Shown here piece by piece: positions 57,099-64,000 of a DNA stretch of 64,000 nt; position 1 is the first letter of the stretch, and each line of letters opens with the position of its first letter. The stretch spans positions 1,440,001 to 1,504,000 of the forward strand of contig CBDFKD010000002.1 of the NCBI GenBank assembly GCA_965248695.1, in the 5' to 3' direction. The DNA is from Acidobacteriota bacterium (GTDB taxonomy: Bacteria; Acidobacteriota; UBA890; WLXD01). Below the pieces are notes generated by a model. That model worked only from the letters and a program-made list of their open reading frames with translations. It ran no database searches and was not told the DNA's origin. The translations under genes were made by a program, and so were the position numbers.

Positions 57099-57830
57099 AT
57101 GCTGATACAGATCGCTAAATACTGCCCGATCCTCACCATCGGCATCATGGCCGGCGCCGTGGCGTCCATTCATGTCGGCGCCGCCCGGCCGCTCAGCGGC
57201 TTCGGGATCTTCATGCTGTCCTGGGCGGCCGGGGCTCTACTCAGCCTGGCGCTGGGGGCCCTCGTGTGGTGGCGGGGCCGCGGAGATTCGCGATCGACCT
57301 TGATCGGGCGGAGCGCGGCCTTGTGCGGAGCCCTGTTGTTGATCGCCCTGGCGATAGCCCAAGGAAGGATCGACGCACCGCCGATTCACGACATCACCAC
57401 CTCGCCCGAAGACGCGCCGACGTATCGCGCCGCGCTCGACCATGACGACAACGCCGGCCGCGACCTTACCTACCCGCACGGCGGCGTCGATGTCATCGCT
57501 CAGCAGCGCGCCGCCTATCCCGACCTGCGACCCATCGAGCTCGATCTCGATCCCGAGACGGCCCATGCGGCAGCCCTGAGCGCGGCGGAGGAGCTCGGCC
57601 TCACGATTGCCTTCAGCAGCCGCGTTGGCGGCCACATCGAGGCCTACGCGGTGTCGCGCGTATTCGGCTTCGTCGACGACTTCGTCGTCCGCGTGCGTCC
57701 GACATCGTCGGGCTCGGTTGTGGACGTACGTTCCACGTCGCGTGTGGGCAGAAGTGATCTGGGAGCGAACGCCGCGCGGATCCGTGCGTTCACCGCAGCG
57801 CTGGTATCAGCCGCCGAGCCCGGTCCCTAG
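57099..57830 (+). CDS. DUF1499 membrane protein
   Basis: PPIHDITT, AYPDLRP, FGFVDD, DVRSTSRVGRSDLGANAARI. Confidence 0.9.
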   Translation: MLIQIAKYCPILTIGIMAGAVASIHVGAARPLSGFGIFMLSWAAGALLSLALGALVWWRGRGDSRSTLIGRSAALCGALLLIALAIAQGRIDAPPIHDITTSPEDAPTYRAALDHDDNAGRDLTYPHGGVDVIAQQRAAYPDLRPIELDLDPETAHAAALSAAEELGLTIAFSSRVGGHIEAYAVSRVFGFVDDFVVRVRPTSSGSVVDVRSTSRVGRSDLGANAARIRAFTAALVSAAEPGP

Positions 57831-57834
57831 CAGG

Positions 57835-58611
57835 CTATCGCGACGGCCGCGCGACTCGCGGTGATGGCTCGAAAATCAGCGTGCTGCCGGCCGGGAGGAG
57901 CGTGTCGAGCCCCACTTCCCAGCGATGCGTGCCCAACCGAACGATACCGGCGCGACCCTGCAGCCAGGGCTCGATGGGGCCGAGATCATCGGGTGAGTCA
58001 GGTTCGGGCTCGAGCTCCGGCAGCCGATAGTGCATCGGTATCAGGTGCCGTGGCCGCACTGCGGTAACGAGCGCGGCCACCTCGGCAGGCGCGAGGATGT
58101 GGAACTGACCGTCGATCGGCACCATGAGGATGTCGATAGGACCCAGATCCCGAATGTTGTCACGCGTCAGCGGGCCGTTGTCGCCGACATGCGCGATTCT
58201 GAGCCCGGCTGTCTCCACCACCCAGATCGTGTTTCGCTGCTCGAACTCCTGGCCGTATGGATCTGCATGCTTGCCACGCAGACCGACCAACCGGACGTCG
58301 TCGAGCATGAACTCGCCGGGGGCGTCGAACACGCGGCTCTCTGGCCACGGGAACGGAGCTCCGCGGAACCTTCCGGCATCGTGGTCATAGTGCGGATGCG
58401 TGATCACGACAGCGTCGGGACGCACGTCCGCGGGGAAGTCGTACCCCAGCCATACGCGGCTGGCGTACGGGTCCAGCAGGATGCGCGTGCCGCCGGGCGA
58501 CTCGATCAGAAAGCTTGCGTGGGCGATGTACTCGATGGACAGCCTCGTCTGCGCGCCGCTTGCGGCGCAGCACAACGCCACCAACAACGCTCCGATCGCC
58601 GACGGGACCAC
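57835..58611 (-). CDS. Secreted metallo-beta-lactamase-fold hydrolase
   Basis: HASFLI, THPHYDH, HVGD, PMHY. Confidence 0.88.
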   Translation of the reverse strand: MVPSAIGALLVALCCAASGAQTRLSIEYIAHASFLIESPGGTRILLDPYASRVWLGYDFPADVRPDAVVITHPHYDHDAGRFRGAPFPWPESRVFDAPGEFMLDDVRLVGLRGKHADPYGQEFEQRNTIWVVETAGLRIAHVGDNGPLTRDNIRDLGPIDILMVPIDGQFHILAPAEVAALVTAVRPRHLIPMHYRLPELEPEPDSPDDLGPIEPWLQGRAGIVRLGTHRWEVGLDTLLPAGSTLIFEPSPRVARPSR

Positions 58612-58616
58612 AGCAG

Positions 58617-59801
58617 CTAGCCTCCCTGCTGTCGGAACAATGCAATCGAGCTGGTGTAGCCGTGTACGAACGTGCGCCGGTTCACCGGACCGATCTCGCC
58701 GTTGCAGAAGAAGCCGCCGATGGGCATCTCACCCAGCTGGGCATTGATCATGCGGCTATCGTGATGCGGCTGTCCGTACAGCGTCTCGCCGCGTCCCAAG
58801 CACGAGAACAGCAGAGCGCCGTCGGGCGTCACACCGTTCCGAGTCTTGTAGTCACGTAGCAAGGTCTCCAGATCTTCGGCCGACGTATCGGCGTCACGAA
58901 GGTGGAACTGCACCACCTGCCCGGCCTCCACGAGCTCGGCAACCGAGATGACGCCAGTGTCGGGCTCGACGCCCACGAGGTTCCGCACGAGGAAGTCGCC
59001 ATGCGAATACTCCGACCGTCCCTCGGTCATCACCACGCCGATGAACAGCGAGTGGCGGAAGAGCTTCCGATCAGCAACCGACAGCTCCTCGTACAGCTCG
59101 CCGAGCAATTCCGTGGGACGTCTTCCGTCGAGCTCCAGTATTCGATTGCGTACGGCGCCGGTAATGAACAGCGGCGGTCCGACCGGGCGACAACCCTGCG
59201 CCACGATCGTGTCCATGGCGATGTCACCGTTCAGCATCAGGCCGGCAACGCCCTCGGTCCAGACCTCGTCGTCGATGAACAATGCGTTGTCACCGGGACG
59301 ATTGGCGCCACTCGCGAGCCCCCCCACCTTGCGGCTCTCGGGATACGCCGAGTCAAGCGACGCGAGCAATCCGCGCGCATCACAGCTGAAGGGGTCTGCC
59401 AGCAGCACGAAATGGGACGAGGACGCCGAATCGATCTCGAGCTGCCGGCGCCATCCGGAAGCGTCCTCGATCAGACGGTCGCTTCCGCTCGAATCGAGAT
59501 GGAAAGGCTCGATACGCACGTCCGGAAGAACGGCGGCAGTGATCGACAGCGCCGGACTGTGCTCGACCTCGCGTCCGCCGCCGACCACACCGCCGCCGGA
59601 GCAACCCAGCAGGCGGGCGGTCGGAAAATACTGCCGCACCTCCTCGGGCACGGCCGAATAGTCGTCGGCATGATGCTCGGACGCGAACAACAGCAACAGG
59701 TCAGGCTGCTGCCCGGCCAGCACTCGGTCGATCTCCCCGAACGCCTGCTGCACGGCAACGTCGAGACAGGGTTCCTCGGAGACGAACGAAGCCCACTTCA
59801 T
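58617..59801 (-). CDS. FIST N/C domain signal transduction protein
   Basis: GCSGGG, GGLASG, VAQGCRPVG, FSCLGRG, GFFCNGEIGP, HGYT. Confidence 0.92.
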   Translation of the reverse strand: MKWASFVSEEPCLDVAVQQAFGEIDRVLAGQQPDLLLLFASEHHADDYSAVPEEVRQYFPTARLLGCSGGGVVGGGREVEHSPALSITAAVLPDVRIEPFHLDSSGSDRLIEDASGWRRQLEIDSASSSHFVLLADPFSCDARGLLASLDSAYPESRKVGGLASGANRPGDNALFIDDEVWTEGVAGLMLNGDIAMDTIVAQGCRPVGPPLFITGAVRNRILELDGRRPTELLGELYEELSVADRKLFRHSLFIGVVMTEGRSEYSHGDFLVRNLVGVEPDTGVISVAELVEAGQVVQFHLRDADTSAEDLETLLRDYKTRNGVTPDGALLFSCLGRGETLYGQPHHDSRMINAQLGEMPIGGFFCNGEIGPVNRRTFVHGYTSSIALFRQQGG

Positions 59802-59940
59802 GCGCCGCAGTGTACACGCTGCAGCTCGCCACCCGGCACGATGGGAGCGACCGTCTGGAGCGCGGTCGCGCGGGCAAGGAACCTCCACCTCGCCTTGCTA
59901 CAATGGGCGCCTATCAACGCTCGCCTGCCGAGGAAACCCC

Positions 59941-60579
59941 TTGCTCAGATCAATCAAGAGAGCCCTGCGTCGCCGCAAATACGGCGACGAGATCGTTGTC
60001 GTCTCCGGACTACCGCGGTCCGGTACGTCGATGATGATGCGGATGCTCGATGCCGCCGGGTTGTCCATTCTCACCGACAACGAGCGCACCGCCGACGCCG
60101 ACAACCCGAAGGGCTACTACGAGCACGAGCGTGTCAAGGATCTCGAGAGCGAGACGGACAAGTCGTGGGTCGGTGAGGCACGCGGGCAGGTGCTGAAGGT
60201 GATCTCGCACTTGCTCAAGGACCTGCCGGAAGAACACTTCTACAAGGTCATCTTCATGCGGCGCGACCTCGACGAAGTGGTCGCTTCGCAGAACAAGATG
60301 CTCGAGCGGCGCGAAGAGGACAATCCGCTCGACGATGTGCAGACGAAGCAGTTCTTCCTACGGCATCTGGTACAGGTGCAGTTTCTGGTGCGCGACCGTC
60401 CCAACTTCCAGATGATCGAGGTGCGCTACAAGGACGCATTGGACGATCCTGCGGCGTTCGTCGGCATAGTCGACGACTTCCTCGAGCGTGGGCTCGATAC
60501 CGGGTCGATGGCGGCGGTCGTGGACCAGCAGCTGTACCGCAACCGCAAGGACGATCTGAGGGCCGCAACGTCTGGTTGA
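59941..60579 (+). CDS. Sulfotransferase-family protein
   Basis: VSGLPRSGTSMMM PAPS-binding loop, NPKGYYE, FMRR...ASQ. Confidence 0.85.
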   Translation: MLRSIKRALRRRKYGDEIVVVSGLPRSGTSMMMRMLDAAGLSILTDNERTADADNPKGYYEHERVKDLESETDKSWVGEARGQVLKVISHLLKDLPEEHFYKVIFMRRDLDEVVASQNKMLERREEDNPLDDVQTKQFFLRHLVQVQFLVRDRPNFQMIEVRYKDALDDPAAFVGIVDDFLERGLDTGSMAAVVDQQLYRNRKDDLRAATSG

Positions 60580-60617
60580 GCTCGATCGGTCGTTGCTCAG
60601 GCTAGAAGCCGGGCCGG

Positions 60618-61430
60618 CTACCCGGCCACCATCAGATCGACCACCGAGTCGACCACAGCGTCGGCTTCGAACGCACCGCCGCCTGCAGACTCGCTCCGAT
60701 CCGGAGCTCCGTCGCGGTACTTTCCGGTGCGCACGAGGACCGTCCGCATTCCCACAGCGGCGGCGGCAGCAGCGTCCGTGATCGGATCGTCGCCGACCAT
60801 GGCGACCGACCCTGCCGGCAGCCCCATGGTGCCGAGCACCGTCTCGAAGATCGCGTGCTCGGGCTTGCCGAAAATCATCGCCGTGCTGCCGGTGGCGTAT
60901 TCGAGCGCCACCACGAACGGGCCCGCATCGAGGCGCAGACCGTCCGCCGTCAGCCAGTATCGGCTGCGTACCAATCCGATGAGCCGCGCGCCGCGCTCGT
61001 GCACCAGGACGAAGGCCCGGTTGAGCAGGTCGAACGTCCACTCGTCACCCAGGTCACCCACCACCACGTAGTCGGGTTTGTCGGGGTCGAGGCGAACGCC
61101 GTCGAAGTCCGACCGCGCCGCTGACGCCACGAGCAGCCAGGCGCTGGCGTCGTTGTCGCGCAGGTATCGTCCGGCCGCGGTCGGAGCGCAAAACACCTCA
61201 TCGGCGGCAACGTCGAAGCCCATACGCTGGAGCTTGAGCGTCAGCGAGTCATGCGCGCGCGTGGTGGTGTTGGTGAGGAAGCGCATCGCGATCCCACGGG
61301 CGCGCAGCGCGGCCACCGCCTGCGCGGCGCCGTCCACGGGCCGGTCGCCGACGTAGAGAGTCCCCTCAAGGTCGAATACCAGCCCGGCGACGCCGTTCAG
61401 CTCCGGAATCAGCACAGACTCGACGCTCAT
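60618..61430 (-). CDS. HAD-IIA hydrolase (LHPP/HDHD2-like)
   Basis: FDLEGTLY, LTNTT, LDAGPFV.ALEYA, GKP, MVGDD...D, VRTGKYR. Confidence 0.88.
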   Translation of the reverse strand: MSVESVLIPELNGVAGLVFDLEGTLYVGDRPVDGAAQAVAALRARGIAMRFLTNTTTRAHDSLTLKLQRMGFDVAADEVFCAPTAAGRYLRDNDASAWLLVASAARSDFDGVRLDPDKPDYVVVGDLGDEWTFDLLNRAFVLVHERGARLIGLVRSRYWLTADGLRLDAGPFVVALEYATGSTAMIFGKPEHAIFETVLGTMGLPAGSVAMVGDDPITDAAAAAAVGMRTVLVRTGKYRDGAPDRSESAGGGAFEADAVVDSVVDLMVAG

Positions 61431-61474
61431 GCCGTCAGTCTACGCCGCCGCCGGAAGCGATCGAGCCCTGGCAG

Positions 61475-61559
61475 TTGTCCTCAACAGCTTAGGTGTGCTA
61501 GTTTTCTATCCCCTAAACGGATTAGGTCACGGCTCACACCGACGACTCGACTGCCGAGG
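61475..61559 (+). promoter_or_regulatory. padR promoter with 2-3 palindromic operator boxes
   Basis: CCTCAACAGCTTAGG (61479-61493) and CCTAAACGGATTAGG (61512-61526) flank TGCTAGTTT (extended -10); weaker ACTCGACTGCCGAGG overlaps the RBS. Confidence 0.6.
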
Positions 61560-61567
61560 AAGACATC

Positions 61568-61915
61568 ATGGGTAACATCGACGCCGGAACGCTGTACGGC
61601 TCCCTGAGCCTGCTGATCCTGCAGGCCCTGACGCATGGCCCGGTGCACGGGCTGGGAATCAGTCGTCGCATCGAACAGCTGGCCGGCGACGCCCTGCGTA
61701 TCGAGGAGGGTGCTCTCTATCCGGCGCTGCACCGCCTGGAACGCGACGGCCTTCTCACCGGCGCGTGGGGGATATCGGATACGCAAAGGCGCGCCAAGCT
61801 GTACGAGCTGACCGAGGACGGCCACCGGCGCCTGCGACGCGAAACGCGCCGCTGGCTGCGGCACACGAACGCGGTCGCGGCGGTGCTCGACGTGTCGCGC
61901 CAGTGGAGCGACTGA
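61568..61915 (+). CDS. PadR family regulator, acidobacterial type
   Basis: GSLSLLIL, HGLGI, EEGALYPALHRLE, WGISDTQRRAKLYELT. Confidence 0.92.
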   Translation: MGNIDAGTLYGSLSLLILQALTHGPVHGLGISRRIEQLAGDALRIEEGALYPALHRLERDGLLTGAWGISDTQRRAKLYELTEDGHRRLRRETRRWLRHTNAVAAVLDVSRQWSD

Positions 61916-61918
61916 CGC

Positions 61919-64000
61919 TTGCGTGACTGGCGCGATACCTGGCGTGATCTATTCCCGCGCCGCGCACTGCGATCCGATATCGACGCCGAGCTCGACTTCC
62001 ATATCGAGGGTCGTGTAGCGGAGCTCGTGCGCCGTGGGCGCACGGAAGAAGAGGCGCGCCGCGAGGTCATGCGGCGGTTTGGTGATCGCACTCAGGTACA
62101 TGTCGACTGCCGACGAATGGCGCTACAGCGCATCGAGCGCGAGGAGTGGAGCATGATGATCGACAAGCTCTGGCACGACCTACGAATGGCGCTGCGCTCG
62201 CTGAGCAGGCGACCCGGTCTGAGCGCGGTGGTCGTGCTCACCCTGGCGCTCGGAATCGGATCGACGACCGCCATCTTCAGCGTCGTCAACGGTGTGCTCC
62301 TGCGCCCGCTCCCGTATGAGGACGCTTCGCGGCTGGCGATGATCTGGGAGAACGACCGCGCTACGGGAACCGTTCGCGAGCAGGCTTCGGTGCACGACTT
62401 CATCGACTTCCGCGAGCGCAGCCGGGAGTTCGACGTCATGGCGATCTATGCCACCGGCAACCTCAACCTGACGCGTGCCAGCGGCGAGCCTCGGCGGCTG
62501 AGGGTAGTGACGGCCAACGCCGATCTGTTGGGAGTTCTGGGTGTCAGCCCCGCCCTGGGACGAGAGTTCACCGCCGCCGAAGATGTCCCCGGCGGCGAGC
62601 AGGTGGTCCTCCTGACGCACGCCTTCTGGCGCGATGCGTTTGCTGCCGCGCCGGACGTGGTGGGTAGCTCGATCCGGCTCAACGACCGCGGCTACACGGT
62701 GATCGGCGTTCTCCCAGCCGGCTTCGACTTCCCCGATCCCGACTACGACCTGTGGACATCCCTGCAACGCGACGCGACCAATTCGGGGCGGGCTCGACAC
62801 GACGTCAACGTGCTTGGGCGACTAGCCGCCGACTCGTCGTTTGCACAGGCGGCCGACGAGCTCGATTCGATCGCAGCCGACCTGGAGGCCAGCTATCGGG
62901 AGAACGCCAATCGCGGTGTCCTGGTCGAGCCGCTGACCGACTATCGAAGTGGCGGCGCCAAGACGACGCTGTGGCTGCTGTTCGGGGCGGTGACAACCGT
63001 GCTGGCGATCGCCTGCGCCAACGTTGCCAACCTGCTCCTGGCACAGGGCGCCGGACGGGCGCAGGAGACGGCCGTCTACGTGGCACTGGGCGCCAGCAAT
63101 GCACGGCTGGCACGGCGCTTCCTGGCGGAGGGGTTGGTACTGACCGGCCTGGCCCTGCTCGCCGGAGGGGCCCTTTCGATCGTCGGGCTGCGGGCGCTGC
63201 TGACGCTGGCTCCACCGCAGCTGCTCGGTCGTGACGTCGTCGGCCTCGATGCCTGGGTGCTGCTGTTCGCCGCCGGAACCAGCGCCCTCATCGGTATAGG
63301 TTGCGGGTTATTGCCGACCCTCCAATCTCGCCGAGTCAACGTTCAGAGCGCCCTGAAGGAAGGACGCTCACAGGCCGAGGCTGCGGCGGTATCGAAGCTG
63401 TTCATGCGCCGCTGCTTGGTCGCCGGGCAAACTGCGCTGGCCGTTGTCTTGCTGGTGGCCGCCGCGCTGCTCATCGGAACGCTGCGGAACCTGCAAGGCG
63501 TGGACCCCGGGTTTCGCGCCGACAACGTGCTTCGCGCCGATCTTCAGCTTCCCGACTCACGCTACCCGCGCGCCTTCCAGAACTGGCCCGACTGGCCGGA
63601 GCGGCGCAACTTCTACAGCTCCCTGCTCGAACGCGTGCGCGCTCTGCCCGGCGTGCGCGCCGCGACCCTCGCCTCGCAACACCCACTGCAGGCGGGCTTC
63701 ACCAACAGCTTCGGGATCGTCGGCATCCCGTACGACAGTGGGCAGGGCGAGATCACCATCCGCCTGGTGAGCCCGACCTACTTCGATACCGTCGGTGCGA
63801 CGCTTCTCCACGGTCGCCTGATGGACGCTACCGACGATGCTCGGAGCGAGCCGGTGGCGATCATCAACGAAGCGGCCCGGCAGCGGTACTTCGCGCAACT
63901 GGAGCCGCTCGAGCACGCGCTGGAGCTACCGTGGGCCGGGATCCCGCGCCGCGTCATCGGGGTTATCGAGAACGAAAGGACGCTGGGACTGGATCGCGCC
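61919..64000 (+). CDS. ADOP (acidobacterial duplicated orphan permease), MacB/FtsX-type, runs off the window
   Basis: Not in the ORF track; my translation from TTG 61919 gives DIDAELDFHIE...RRFG...DLRMALRSLSRRPG...LTLALGIGSTTAIFSVVNGVLLRPLPY, LAIACANVANLLL, VDPGF. Confidence 0.92.
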   Translation, partial: MRDWRDTWRDLFPRRALRSDIDAELDFHIEGRVAELVRRGRTEEEARREVMRRFGDRTQVHVDCRRMALQRIEREEWSMMIDKLWHDLRMALRSLSRRPGLSAVVVLTLALGIGSTTAIFSVVNGVLLRPLPYEDASRLAMIWENDRATGTVREQASVHDFIDFRERSREFDVMAIYATGNLNLTRASGEPRRLRVVTANADLLGVLGVSPALGREFTAAEDVPGGEQVVLLTHAFWRDAFAAAPDVVGSSIRLNDRGYTVIGVLPAGFDFPDPDYDLWTSLQRDATNSGRARHDVNVLGRLAADSSFAQAADELDSIAADLEASYRENANRGVLVEPLTDYRSGGAKTTLWLLFGAVTTVLAIACANVANLLLAQGAGRAQETAVYVALGASNARLARRFLAEGLVLTGLALLAGGALSIVGLRALLTLAPPQLLGRDVVGLDAWVLLFAAGTSALIGIGCGLLPTLQSRRVNVQSALKEGRSQAEAAAVSKLFMRRCLVAGQTALAVVLLVAAALLIGTLRNLQGVDPGFRADNVLRADLQLPDSRYPRAFQNWPDWPERRNFYSSLLERVRALPGVRAATLASQHPLQAGFTNSFGIVGIPYDSGQGEITIRLVSPTYFDTVGATLLHGRLMDATDDARSEPVAIINEAARQRYFAQLEPLEHALELPWAGIPRRVIGVIENERTLGLDRA

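Noticed and set aside
57827-57835. CTAGCAGGC at the DUF1499 stop codon between convergent genes, identical to the first 9 bp of the MITE end
   Set aside because: The context is suggestive, but 9 bp is too short to separate a scar from chance and no second end is present.
1113-60176. Many long Arg/Pro/Ala-rich alternative-frame ORFs (e.g. 1113-2234, 5459-6673, 27604-28914, 33890-35440, 58902-60176)
   Set aside because: Expected antisense or off-frame ORFs in high-GC DNA, each overlapping a well-supported gene.

Overview
High-GC bacterial DNA, most likely Acidobacteriota, judged from the acidobacterial-type PadR next to an ADOP permease at the right end. It is densely coding, and I found no rRNA, tRNA, CRISPR array, integrase or transposase. 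The main locus is a ~12 kb triterpenoid cluster at 45.3-57.0 kb. One operon encodes an HpnG-like phosphorylase, type-2 IDI, class I HMG-CoA reductase, mevalonate kinase, a mevalonate-phosphate decarboxylase, isopentenyl-phosphate kinase and a one-step squalene synthase. It has IPK but no phosphomevalonate kinase, which is the haloarchaeal/Chloroflexi-type route. It converges on a three-gene MMPL/RND + PhnD-like binding protein + TPR lipoprotein operon with the layout of the BstABC sterol transporter. Other unusual items: an ATP-cone/2-phosphoglycerate kinase/archaeal iPGM fusion; a TM-TM-HAMP protein fused to a pilin through an internal prepilin-peptidase site, with an in-frame TAG; a pilin-Ig gene lying antisense inside a cobalamin-riboswitch ABC operon; a PP2C phosphatase and a LytS kinase sharing a duplicated membrane sensor; a BlaI/BlaR1 system whose sensor is eight 29-aa RIHG repeats also present in the next gene; and two copies of a 279-bp structured MITE-like element. 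All family calls come from motif recognition by eye, with no database searches.
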